From the NCBI GenBank assembly GCA_038279365.1, contig JAYODI010000042.1:1-34892 (forward strand): a stretch of DNA of 34,892 nucleotides. Direction: 5' to 3'. The notes beneath the pieces were generated by a model that was not told where the DNA came from, made no database searches, and worked only from the letters and a program-made list of their open reading frames with translations. Position 1 is the first letter of the stretch, and each line of letters begins with the position of its first letter. A program made the position numbers and the translations under genes. The DNA is from Candidatus Latescibacterota bacterium (GTDB lineage: Bacteria; Latescibacterota; UBA2968). Of the stretch, positions 25,761-34,619 are shown in pieces.

Positions 25761-26543
25761 ATGTACGTTTTGATTGTTTTTTTAACGTGTTCTTTTTTTT
25801 CTGTAAGTGTATTTGCCGAAGAAGTTTCGCCAGAGATACAAAAAAGAGCGGAAGATGCCTATCTGAAAAAAGATTACGAACAGGCCTATACAATACTTAC
25901 TCAAATCCCAAATCTATTAGGGGTTGTACCGATTCTCGATTCCCCCAAAAACCGTACGCGCGCCGAGATTTTTTTTGATTTGGCAAGAATTCGTTTGGCT
26001 CAAAATGATACAGCAAGAATAAAAGAAATACTGACCTATGTTTTTGATCTGGATAGTGATGTCAAAAGAGGCATTTTGAGTTTAGACGATGATGATGCTT
26101 TTTTTGAAACCAGGAATCGCTTGGCACAACTAAGAAAGCAGAAACGCCAGCGGGATCTTTCAGCAACAACTTTTTTGGGGGCTGCTGGGCGTTCACTTGT
26201 GTTACCTGGGTGGGGGCATTTTTATCGGGGGCACCGGAAACGGGCTTATGGGTTTATTGGCGCAACTGCCGCTGCAACCATTTTTTGGTTTATCAGTGAT
26301 CAAGATTATAAACGCGCTTACAATGCCTATCGCGCAACTCAAATTGGAGAGTTAAATATTGAATTGCGCAATGGAGGGTCAACAGATCCTTTTCCTTATC
26401 AACAACGTTTCCAAATCGCCCAATCGAAAGCCAATCGAGCCAATATGGCCTTAGGAATACTGGCAGGTGTGTGGTTGGCTGGTGTGTTTGATCATGTTGT
26501 CATTGGTCCAGCCAATCTGGAAGTTCGTATTTCAATTTATTAA
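25761..26543 (+). CDS. Secreted/membrane protein with TPR-like N-terminus and DUF5683-like C-terminal region
   Basis: GAGGGG SD; signal peptide ending VFA; 'AEDAYLKKDYEQA' TPR-like helices; 'RSLVLPGWGHFY' plus two hydrophobic segments. Confidence 0.6.
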   Translation: MYVLIVFLTCSFFSVSVFAEEVSPEIQKRAEDAYLKKDYEQAYTILTQIPNLLGVVPILDSPKNRTRAEIFFDLARIRLAQNDTARIKEILTYVFDLDSDVKRGILSLDDDDAFFETRNRLAQLRKQKRQRDLSATTFLGAAGRSLVLPGWGHFYRGHRKRAYGFIGATAAATIFWFISDQDYKRAYNAYRATQIGELNIELRNGGSTDPFPYQQRFQIAQSKANRANMALGILAGVWLAGVFDHVVIGPANLEVRISIY

Positions 26544-26552
26544 GGGAGTGCG

Positions 26553-29500
26553 ATGCGGTTTTTTTGCTTTGTCATTTTAACTTGTGCGACAATAATGGTC
26601 GCACAAGTTGGTGCCCAAGATACGGCATCACGTATTGCGGTGGTGCCGTTTAAATCTCCATTTAACCCAGATTACGGCGTGTTTATGGCCGACCGTATTG
26701 CATTTGAACTGTATTCACATACACATGTTCCCGCTTTGGGCAAAGACCGTTTTGTTTTGGTTGAAACAGACACGCTCAGCCATGACATTCAAGACCAATT
26801 ACTAAATATAGATAGCCAAGTTTCACCCAAATTATTAGAGCATTTAAGGCAGCAAATACCTGCCAATTATTTACTTACGGGCAGTATTACATCAACTGGC
26901 ATTCACCATCTTGACGTTTTGTTATTGGATCTTTCAAGTGGAAATGTGGTTTGGAAAGGCAAGGTAAGAGATAACCCGTCTTGGGTTTGGACCCATAACC
27001 GCGAAGTGGGTGAAACACCTACCCGAGAAATCATAAACCGTTTGGGTTTTGGCGAAAGCGAAACGGGCCCCTTGCCCTTAAAAGCTGAGGTGTTGCCCAA
27101 GCAGATTCTTATTCAGCCTTTGTTTACAAGAGGATATCAGGCCTTAGCTGCAGAATGTGAAGGCCGTATTCGAACGACCGTTATTCAAGATGGCATATTT
27201 ACACTGGTACCAGGCGCACTCAAAGGGGCGCGCGGCCAACAGCGTTTTTCACGATTAAGCCAAACCTTGCGTAAACAAGCCAACGAAACAACGGTTTCAG
27301 ACGCGGTTTTGTGTGGCAGTCTTTTAACTTTTGGCAAAGATGGGGGAGCTGATAATATTGCCATTGTTTTGCGTTTGGTAAACGTTCATACAGGTTTGTT
27401 GATGTGGATGGGTGCATCTAATGGCCGGCGTGTATGGCGTCATGATAAACTGGATGATATCATTTCGGGGGTTGTGGCGATATTATCTGAAGATCTTGCC
27501 CAATTTGGCGCAGATGCCGCAGAAGGGGCCATGGCCGAGTTGCGTGTTAATGCACAAGACGGTGAGGGATGGGCCACTTTGGGGGAGGCCTATTTTCGAA
27601 GAGGGCTTTTAAGGCAGGCAGAAGAGGCTTTTGAAAAAGCACTGACCTTTTCAGATGGCCATGCGCGGGCTCAAACAGGTTTGGGGCAAATTATCCTGCG
27701 TCGGGGGGGCGATTTTAACAAAGCGGTGTCTGCTTTTCGCATTGCCTTGGAAAAAGACCCCGAATTTTTGTATGCGTACTGCTATTTGGCAAAAGCATTC
27801 TTAGATCGGGATATGTCCGATGGTGAAAAGTATGCTGTTGAAGCCTTAAAACGGGATCCATCATTTAGTTTGGCCTGGCAAATTTTGGGCGATTGGTTTC
27901 TTGCCAGGGAAGAAGATCGGGAAGCAAGTGAGGCCTATCAAAAATACCTTGCTTTAGAGCCCGACGACGTAGAAGTGGCACAACGCTTGGGGCGTGTGTT
28001 GTTGAGGCTAAAAGATTATGCACAAATTGATCGTCTCATAGCCCCAATTCAACGGGCAAGGCCAGAAGCGGCTGAGCTTGTTGCTGTTGTGGGGATTAAA
28101 AATATTCGCGTAAAACGTTTTCAAGAAGCCACGCGTTTGTTTAATCGGTTTTTGTCGCAGGTCGATAGCCGAGAGCGCCATTTGTACGAAGATATACAGT
28201 TTATAATTCCAGACGAAGACAAATCTGTCTATGTGACATTAGATGAATCACAACAAAAAGTGTATCGAGATCGGTTTTGGCGGGAGAAGAACCCAGATCT
28301 TTCAAGTGCCTATAATGAGCGTTTACTGATTCACTACGAGCGTGTATGGGTAGCTCGCCAAGATTTTGGGCAAGATGTATATCCTTGGGATCAGCGGGGC
28401 AGTGTATATGTCCGCTATGGCGAGCCAGATTATAGAACGCGATCAGGGTGGACACCGACCCTGCCGTCAACGCAGGTGCAGCAAGTTAAAGAACGCATCT
28501 ATCGTGAATTGTATGAATATCCACCCGATGGCGAACTCATTGGGCCAGTATTTCCAGTGCGCAGTGGTCGCACGGTGAGTATTGCCCAAGAAGAGGAATT
28601 TGCAGTATTGGAGCAGGGCCAAGAAGACAATCAGTTTACTGATGGTTTGAGGCGAAATCAAACAGATGGGCAATATGCAAACAATGCCAGCCAAGAAGCT
28701 TATGCACCAGTAACAATGCAACACGACCAAAGCATTGTGCCTTGGGAGTCTTGGGTTTATGTGGACATAGGCGGTGGGTTGGTTTTTGATTTTACAAAAG
28801 AAATGGGAGGCATGTCTGGGTATGATTTTGCACCCATTCCGCCACTGCCTCCAACTATGCTTAAATCCACCATTCGCATGGCAGAATATGCTCCTGCAAT
28901 CGCGTTTCAGCGCGCGGTCTCAAATGAAGCGGATCACTTTAGAAAACCACAAGTTTTGCCTTTGGCAGAGTTTTTTTATGATGTGGCAGATTTTCGGGGT
29001 GGACCACAGCGTACACGGGTTGATGTGGTTTTTGCTGTGCCACTGCCAAATCTTATGGTTGTCACCAATGGCCAAAGACCACAAGTCATTTTGGAGCGTG
29101 CAACAGCACTTACAGATTCAAGCTATTCGGTGGTTTATCGCCAGGAAAAACGCATAGAAATTGATGCCGATACGGCAAATATTGCCCACAAAAATATTGT
29201 AGATGCCATTCGGCAAGATGTACCTCCAGGATTTTATCATCTAACATTAACGGTCAAAGATTTGATGTCTGGGCGTGTGGGAATTTTGAAACGAGATATC
29301 AATATCGAGGCATATGAGCAAGATAAGTTGCAAATGAGTGATTTGATGTTGGTGCAAAGCATGTCAGACACTGTGAGAGATATTCGGTTTCGGCGTGGTA
29401 ATTTGGAAGTAATACCCAATCCAAAACGCGAATATATGGCTCCCCAACCTTTGGCTTTTTATTGTGAGGTATACAATCTTAAAAAGAATGAATTTGGCCA

Positions 29501-29753
29501 AACAAATTACAAGATTACCACGGCGGTTAAAGCCGTGGACGAACGGGCCAAGTTTAGGCCTTTGGGAGCTATTGAACAGCCTGAAGTTGCCTTATCCTAT
29601 GAACAAGTCGGAAACCAACCCTGGGAACGCCTGCCATTGGAAGTCGATTTATCCAATGCCCAAGCTGGAAGCAATCGGTTGATTGTGGTCATTGAAGATT
29701 TGGTATCTGGTGGGCGGGTGGCAAAAGAGGTCTCCTTTGAGTATATTCGTTAG
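26553..29753 (+). CDS. GWxTD-domain protein with TPR repeats and two N-terminal CsgG/FlgO-like domains
   Basis: Signal peptide (VGA-Q); 'RIAVVPF...YLLTGSI...DLSSGNVVW' and 'ILIQPL...VLCGSL...RLVNVHTGLLMW'; about six TPRs; 'FWREKNPD...NERLLIHYERV...WDQRGSVYVRYGEPD'; C-terminal Ig-like region 'LQMSDL...PNP..Y....LAFYCEVYNL'. Confidence 0.8.
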   Translation: MRFFCFVILTCATIMVAQVGAQDTASRIAVVPFKSPFNPDYGVFMADRIAFELYSHTHVPALGKDRFVLVETDTLSHDIQDQLLNIDSQVSPKLLEHLRQQIPANYLLTGSITSTGIHHLDVLLLDLSSGNVVWKGKVRDNPSWVWTHNREVGETPTREIINRLGFGESETGPLPLKAEVLPKQILIQPLFTRGYQALAAECEGRIRTTVIQDGIFTLVPGALKGARGQQRFSRLSQTLRKQANETTVSDAVLCGSLLTFGKDGGADNIAIVLRLVNVHTGLLMWMGASNGRRVWRHDKLDDIISGVVAILSEDLAQFGADAAEGAMAELRVNAQDGEGWATLGEAYFRRGLLRQAEEAFEKALTFSDGHARAQTGLGQIILRRGGDFNKAVSAFRIALEKDPEFLYAYCYLAKAFLDRDMSDGEKYAVEALKRDPSFSLAWQILGDWFLAREEDREASEAYQKYLALEPDDVEVAQRLGRVLLRLKDYAQIDRLIAPIQRARPEAAELVAVVGIKNIRVKRFQEATRLFNRFLSQVDSRERHLYEDIQFIIPDEDKSVYVTLDESQQKVYRDRFWREKNPDLSSAYNERLLIHYERVWVARQDFGQDVYPWDQRGSVYVRYGEPDYRTRSGWTPTLPSTQVQQVKERIYRELYEYPPDGELIGPVFPVRSGRTVSIAQEEEFAVLEQGQEDNQFTDGLRRNQTDGQYANNASQEAYAPVTMQHDQSIVPWESWVYVDIGGGLVFDFTKEMGGMSGYDFAPIPPLPPTMLKSTIRMAEYAPAIAFQRAVSNEADHFRKPQVLPLAEFFYDVADFRGGPQRTRVDVVFAVPLPNLMVVTNGQRPQVILERATALTDSSYSVVYRQEKRIEIDADTANIAHKNIVDAIRQDVPPGFYHLTLTVKDLMSGRVGILKRDINIEAYEQDKLQMSDLMLVQSMSDTVRDIRFRRGNLEVIPNPKREYMAPQPLAFYCEVYNLKKNEFGQTNYKITTAVKAVDERAKFRPLGAIEQPEVALSYEQVGNQPWERLPLEVDLSNAQAGSNRLIVVIEDLVSGGRVAKEVSFEYIR

Positions 29754-29760
29754 GCAAGAT

Positions 29761-29789
29761 TTGACAGCACCTATCTAATTTCTTAAGTT
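29761..29789 (+). promoter_or_regulatory. Putative sigma70 promoter
   Basis: TTGACA-17 nt-TAAGTT, about 26 nt before ATG 29816. Confidence 0.6.
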
Positions 29790-29815
29790 TTAAGATGTTG
29801 TTATGGAGGGATGTC

Positions 29816-30166
29816 ATGGCAGATCAATCTCATTTTAAAGAAGATGATGAGATATTGGCCAAATTAGATCATGAAGCTGATATTGAGGCATTTTCAAATC
29901 TCATGGCCCACGCTCATGGTTTGGGTGTGAGTGCTGCAGATTTTGTTCGTGAAGAGCCCAAGCGCACGTCCCGGAAGTATATTCGTAAATTGTGTCTTTT
30001 AAATCAAAAACGCACCTTTAAGATGATGGTGGCTTCCGTTTTAAAAGGATTGTGGGATCGCCCAGTAAATGATCCGGCAGAGTCTTTTGTTCAGACGCTC
30101 TACAAACCACCCACACCCACCAAACCCCATGTCAATGGCCAGGCTCGAAAGGCTCCTTGTGAATAA
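29816..30166 (+). CDS. Hypothetical protein
   Basis: GGAGG SD before ATG 29816; promoter upstream; no recognised family. Confidence 0.6.
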   Translation: MADQSHFKEDDEILAKLDHEADIEAFSNLMAHAHGLGVSAADFVREEPKRTSRKYIRKLCLLNQKRTFKMMVASVLKGLWDRPVNDPAESFVQTLYKPPTPTKPHVNGQARKAPCE

Positions 30167-30335
30167 TCCACTCATTCTTAGGGCACATATTGCCGAATTG
30201 GAAGAGTTGCGTGACCAATTGTTGGCACAGGCAAAGAATGGTCAGGTGGGGGCCCAAGAAATGGTAAGTCGGTTGCATCGAGATGCCATGGCCAAACGAG
30301 ACAAGTTGCGGGATCGTCCTGGTCCTACCATTTAA
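30129..30335 (+). CDS. Small helical hypothetical protein (or frameshifted continuation of the upstream ORF)
   Basis: Amphipathic 'LRAHIAELEELRDQLLAQAK'; overlaps the upstream ORF by 38 nt in the +1 frame; no SD. Confidence 0.45.
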   Translation: MSMARLERLLVNNPLILRAHIAELEELRDQLLAQAKNGQVGAQEMVSRLHRDAMAKRDKLRDRPGPTI

Positions 30336-30356
30336 GACAGAATGTTGGGAGGCACG

Positions 30357-30386
30357 AACGGCATTGCTCGGCATTGCCGTTTTTTT
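30357..30386 (+). terminator. Terminator-like hairpin immediately upstream of ruvX
   Basis: AACGGCA-TTGCTCGGCAT-TGCCGTT followed by a T-run. Confidence 0.55.
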
Positions 30387-30391
30387 ATATA

Positions 30392-30820
30392 ATGGAAAAA
30401 ATATTAGCCATAGATTATGGGCGAAGACGCATTGGCCTTGCTAAAAACGATGTGCTTGGGTTCTCTGCTCATGGTTTACCTACGCTCTCTGTTCGAAATC
30501 AGGAAAATGCGATAATACAAGTCTTAGACGTTATCCAAAAAGAACAACCAGATCGAATTGTTGTAGGTTTGCCTCGTAACTTAGATGGCAGCAAAAGTGA
30601 AATGGCAAAGGTTGTTGAAGTATTTGTGGAACAATTACAAGATCGTATGAGTCTGCCAATTGTTAAAATTGATGAGCGGTTGACATCTGTTTCTGCTTTA
30701 AAGATCATGCGGGATATGGGTATTAAGCAAAAAGGCAATAAGGGAACGGTCGATAAAATGGCTGCTGTTTATTTATTGGAAATTTATCTGCAACAACAGG
30801 CTACCCGTATATCTGATTAA
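30392..30820 (+). CDS. ruvX: YqgF/RuvX family nuclease (pre-16S rRNA processing / resolvase-like)
   Basis: 'ILAIDYGRRRIGLA', 'IVVGLP', 'DERLTS', 'VDKMAAVYLL'. Confidence 0.93.
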   Translation: MEKILAIDYGRRRIGLAKNDVLGFSAHGLPTLSVRNQENAIIQVLDVIQKEQPDRIVVGLPRNLDGSKSEMAKVVEVFVEQLQDRMSLPIVKIDERLTSVSALKIMRDMGIKQKGNKGTVDKMAAVYLLEIYLQQQATRISD

Positions 30821-30828
30821 GGAGGAAT

Positions 30829-31872
30829 TTGGTTTTGTCTGAATGGAGAAGCCGAATACAAAAAGAATGGATAGCAATCGGGATTGGTCTGTTGTTTTTG
30901 TGGGGTGTAATAGGCGTTATGGGTGCGGCTTGGTGGTTAAACCGGGCAACGGGTGCCAAGGCACAGGTGGTGCTTATTGAGCCTGGTATGACGGTTGGAG
31001 AGATTGGATTGCGCTTATACCAAGCCGATCTGATACGCAGCCCTCAATTGCTACGCGTTTTTGCCCGATTAGATGGTGCTGGGCGTAAACTCATGGCAGG
31101 TCCTCACCCATTTCATGGCAATATGACCACTTGGCAAGTGTTACAAGAATTGGGCATACCACGCGAAAAATTGGTCGATATCACAATTTTTGAAGGTATG
31201 CGAATGACTCAAGTGGCCCAAATTTTGGCCAAGCGTTTGGACTTGAATGAAAAAGAACTGTTAAGATGGATGGCTGACCCCGATTTTTGCAAGTCGTTGG
31301 GTGTTCCGGCAGACAATTTAGAAGGATATTTGTTTCCAGAGACTTATAAAGTATCTGCTGCCACAAGTGAAAAGAAAATATTGTCTACACTTGTTTCCCA
31401 CTTTTTTGCTGGTTTTGACAAAGACTTTCAAGAGCGTGCAAAAAAAATAGGCATGTCCCTTCAAGAAGTGGTTATTTTGGCTTCTATTGTTGAAGGAGAA
31501 GCCCAATTAGACAATGAACGAAGTACAATTGCCGCGGTGTATCACAATCGGCTCAAAAAGAATATGCGTTTACAAGCCGATCCAACGGTTCAATATGCAT
31601 TACCCGGAAAGCCACGTCGCTTGTTCTATAAAGACTACCAATACGAATCTCCTTACAATACTTATCGACATAATGGGTTGCCACCAGGCCCCATCTCAAG
31701 CCCTGGGAAAGCCTCTATTGAGGCCGTTTTATACCCAGCAAACGTAGACTATATATATTTTGTAGCTCGCGGTGATGGTTCACATGTTTTTAGTCGAACA
31801 TCTCAAGAACATGAAGAAGCCAAACAGAAGACAGCAAGTGCACGTAGAAAAACCTGGAAAAAAGCGAATTGA
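30829..31872 (+). CDS. mltG: Endolytic transglycosylase MltG (YceG family)
   Basis: N-terminal TM; 'LEGYLFPETY', 'LASIVEGE', 'NRLKKNMRLQADPTVQY', 'SPYNTY...GLPPGPI', 'YIYFVA...HVFS'. Confidence 0.95.
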   Translation: MVLSEWRSRIQKEWIAIGIGLLFLWGVIGVMGAAWWLNRATGAKAQVVLIEPGMTVGEIGLRLYQADLIRSPQLLRVFARLDGAGRKLMAGPHPFHGNMTTWQVLQELGIPREKLVDITIFEGMRMTQVAQILAKRLDLNEKELLRWMADPDFCKSLGVPADNLEGYLFPETYKVSAATSEKKILSTLVSHFFAGFDKDFQERAKKIGMSLQEVVILASIVEGEAQLDNERSTIAAVYHNRLKKNMRLQADPTVQYALPGKPRRLFYKDYQYESPYNTYRHNGLPPGPISSPGKASIEAVLYPANVDYIYFVARGDGSHVFSRTSQEHEEAKQKTASARRKTWKKAN

Positions 31873-31879
31873 GGACGGC

Positions 31880-34060
31880 ATGTCGGTGTTGGAGGGATTA
31901 AATGATGCACAATTAGAAGCGGCTCAGACAGTGAATGGGCCGCTGCTTATTTTGGCAGGAGCAGGTTCGGGGAAAACGCGTGTTCTAACACGGCGCATTG
32001 CCTATTTGGTGGGTGAGTTGGGCATAGAACCCGATCGCATTTTGGCCATGACCTTTACAAATAAAGCGGCTGGTGAAATGCGAGAGCGTGTTGAAGGTTT
32101 ATTACATCGGTCTTGCAGGAATATGTGGATTGGTACCTTTCATGCGCTGTGTGCGAGATTGTTGCGCACTGAAGCAGATCGGGTAGGATTGCAATCTAAT
32201 TTTACGATATATGACACAACGGATCAAATGGCGCTTATGAGGCGAGTGCTTGCCGATGAAGAACTGTCTGAAAAGCAATATCCGCCACGACAAATCCGTG
32301 CTCGTATCAGCAAAGAAAAAAACCGCATGATGGATGTGGTGTCCTTTTCGCAACGCGCATCAACTTTTTACGAGCAAACCGTTGCGCGTGTGTATCGACA
32401 ATATCAAGCGCGGTTGCGACAAAACAATGCGGTTGATTTTGACGATTTGCTACAATTGAGCGTACAGGTATTGCGCGACCACGATGATATTCGAAAAAAG
32501 TATCAAGAAAAATTTGATTACTTGCTGATAGATGAATATCAAGATACAAACCGCCCGCAATATTTATTTGCACAGTATTTGGCGGAAATACATCAAAATC
32601 TCTGCGTAGTCGGAGATGATGATCAAAGCATCTATGCATGGCGCGGGGCAGACTTACAAAATATCCTCAACTTTGAATCTGATTATCCCAACGCCCAAGT
32701 GGTAAGGTTAGAGCAAAATTACAGATCCACAGAAGTCATTCTCGATGCGGGGAACGCGGTTATTCGCAACAATGCGGGGCGCAAAGGTAAAGAGCTTTGG
32801 ACTGAGCGCAGTGGGGGCGAAAAAATTAGACTTCGCAAATGTCCTGATGAATCTGAAGAGGCGCGTTGGATAGCTGGGGTGATACAAGATTTGAAGCAAC
32901 AAGGTGGTTATAAGTATAAAGATATGGCTGTTTTGTATCGAACCAATGCACAATCGCGATCAATTGAAGAAGGCCTACGGCGATCGGGCATCTCCTATCA
33001 AATTGTGGGTGATGTGCGTTTTTATGAACGCAAAGAAGTAAAAGATATTTTGGCTTATCTGAAGCTGATTGCAAATCCACGAGATTCAATTAGTTTCAAT
33101 CGGGTTATTAATACGCCTCGAAGAGGCATTGGCAATACATCTTTGGAACGCTTGGATGATTATGCCATGCGGGAAGGGATACCCCCTTATGAAGCTTTGA
33201 TACACTTGGCTCAAATTGATACTATCCCTGCCCGAACCGTTCGTGTGATGCGCAGTTTTTATGAAATGATGGAAGGGTTTCGCGAAGAATTGACACACTT
33301 ACCTGCCGACGTGCTGGCAGCTCGGGTCGTAGACGAGACAGGGTATTTGTCTGAAATGGATAAAATGACACCCGAAGAACGTGAATCTCGAAAAAACCAC
33401 GTCAATGAGCTCTTGGCAGATATTCAAATATTTACAGAACAATCCGAAGAAGTATCTTTAGATGCTTATTTGCGAAAAGTTTCTTTGGTATCAGATGTTG
33501 ATCAATGGCACAATGACATGGATTCTGTTACTCTTATGACATTGCACAGTGCCAAAGGCCTTGAATTTCCAACCGTGTTTATTGCCGGGTTAGAAGATGG
33601 TCTTTTCCCAATATTAAGACCCGGTGATGATGAAGTAAACGAATTGGATGCCTTAGAAGAGGAACGCCGTCTGTTTTACGTGGGGATTACAAGAGCCCAA
33701 GACCGATTGTTTTTGTCCTATGCGATGCAGCGTCGTCGTTACGGTGGTTTTGTGGCGGGAAATGCCTCTCGATTTTTAACTGAAATACCCGAAGACTTGA
33801 TTGATGCAGGGTTTCGTATTTCGGAAATAGGGTCCATACCAACGGTCAAAAGACATAAAACCAAGCCAGCATCTGTTCAAAATACGTCTTCGGAGGGTTT
33901 TGTGATGCGTGAGGGGGCTTGGGTTTATCATCCTACTTGGGGGCGTGGGCAAATTAAGGCACTTTCTGGCGTGGGGCAAAGTGCAAAGCTGAAAGTGCGC
34001 TTTGAAGATGGAGGCACAAAAACCTTGGTTGCTAAATTTGCAAATCTTCAGCCGGGATAA
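31880..34060 (+). CDS. pcrA: ATP-dependent DNA helicase PcrA/UvrD
   Basis: 'AGAGSGKT', 'TFTNKAA', 'DEYQD', 'VGDDDQSIY', 'LEQNYRS', 'TLHSAKGLEF', 'EERRLFYVGITRA', C-terminal Tudor-like 'VYHPTWGRG'; GAGG SD before ATG 31880. Confidence 0.95.
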   Translation: MSVLEGLNDAQLEAAQTVNGPLLILAGAGSGKTRVLTRRIAYLVGELGIEPDRILAMTFTNKAAGEMRERVEGLLHRSCRNMWIGTFHALCARLLRTEADRVGLQSNFTIYDTTDQMALMRRVLADEELSEKQYPPRQIRARISKEKNRMMDVVSFSQRASTFYEQTVARVYRQYQARLRQNNAVDFDDLLQLSVQVLRDHDDIRKKYQEKFDYLLIDEYQDTNRPQYLFAQYLAEIHQNLCVVGDDDQSIYAWRGADLQNILNFESDYPNAQVVRLEQNYRSTEVILDAGNAVIRNNAGRKGKELWTERSGGEKIRLRKCPDESEEARWIAGVIQDLKQQGGYKYKDMAVLYRTNAQSRSIEEGLRRSGISYQIVGDVRFYERKEVKDILAYLKLIANPRDSISFNRVINTPRRGIGNTSLERLDDYAMREGIPPYEALIHLAQIDTIPARTVRVMRSFYEMMEGFREELTHLPADVLAARVVDETGYLSEMDKMTPEERESRKNHVNELLADIQIFTEQSEEVSLDAYLRKVSLVSDVDQWHNDMDSVTLMTLHSAKGLEFPTVFIAGLEDGLFPILRPGDDEVNELDALEEERRLFYVGITRAQDRLFLSYAMQRRRYGGFVAGNASRFLTEIPEDLIDAGFRISEIGSIPTVKRHKTKPASVQNTSSEGFVMREGAWVYHPTWGRGQIKALSGVGQSAKLKVRFEDGGTKTLVAKFANLQPG

Positions 34061-34174
34061 AACAAAAAATGTCATTTTGGAATGGAAATTTATAAGTTCT
34101 TTTCCGCTCTGTATTTCTGTCAAATTCGGTTGTCAAAAAAAACGTTGTAACCCTTTTGCGGGGGTAATTTGTTC

Positions 34175-34203
34175 TTGATTTCCTCGACCCTTTATCTCAT
34201 ATT
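34175..34203 (+). promoter_or_regulatory. Putative sigma70 promoter for gatC(-pyrG)
   Basis: TTGATT-17 nt-CATATT. Confidence 0.35.
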
Positions 34204-34258
34204 AAAAGGGATTGTTAAAATTTAATTTCTCGTCAAATAAACCAAGGTAAAAGAAACA

Positions 34259-34546
34259 ATGCCCGTTACAAAGGACGACGTTAGGAAGGTTGCTCAACTT
34301 GCTCGTCTGTCCTTCTCACCGGATGAAGAGCGTTTAATGGTAGACGAACTCAACCGGATGTTAGCGTATGTGAATGCTCTTGACGCATTAGACACAACAG
34401 GTGTCTCCCCAACTGCGCATGTGTTGCCCCTTGAAAACGCGTTTCGTACAGACGTGTTGGGGCAGTCACTTTCTCAAAAAGAAGCGCTGGCTAATGCGCC
34501 GCTGTCTGGGCAGGGTCACTTTCGGGTTCCTCGGGTAATTGAATAG
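34259..34546 (+). CDS. gatC: Asp/Glu-tRNA amidotransferase subunit C
   Basis: '[10 protein letters not shown]', 'LDTTGVSPT', 'FRTD', 'ALANAP...FRVPRVIE'. Confidence 0.95.
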   Translation: MPVTKDDVRKVAQLARLSFSPDEERLMVDELNRMLAYVNALDALDTTGVSPTAHVLPLENAFRTDVLGQSLSQKEALANAPLSGQGHFRVPRVIE

Positions 34547-34554
34547 GCAACGTG

Positions 34555-34588
34555 TCGGCGGTGGATACATTCACCGCCGATTTCTTTT
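34555..34588 (+). terminator. Terminator-like hairpin between gatC and pyrG
   Basis: TCGGCGGTG / CACCGCCGA stem followed by TTTCTTTT. Confidence 0.65.
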
Positions 34589-34619
34589 GGCTAAAAGCAA
34601 AAAGACTGGGAGGCACGTC

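Noticed and set aside
6752..31879. Longer upstream starts given in the ORF track (6784, 8366, 8526, 11118, 19932, 21163, 24166, 25743, 29795, 30374, 31772)
   Set aside because: Downstream starts fit SD positions, signal peptides, promoters or family N-termini better
30392..34060. ruvX nuclease plus helicase as a defence system
   Set aside because: ruvX-mltG adjacency and PcrA are ordinary housekeeping features
309..34123. The many 60-150 aa antisense or out-of-frame ORFs in the track (e.g. 4283..4702, 7637..8080, 15450..15791, 15804..16148, 18611..19063, 28774..29157, 33776..34123)
   Set aside because: They lie within well-supported genes and show no family motifs; treated as shadow ORFs
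34061..34258. T-box or other ncRNA upstream of gatC
   Set aside because: AT-rich with only small hairpins; no T-box consensus or other recognisable RNA motif
30346..34617. 11-mer TGGGAGGCACG present at 30346 and 34607
   Set aside because: Mostly an SD-like core, only two copies, flanks unrelated; probably chance
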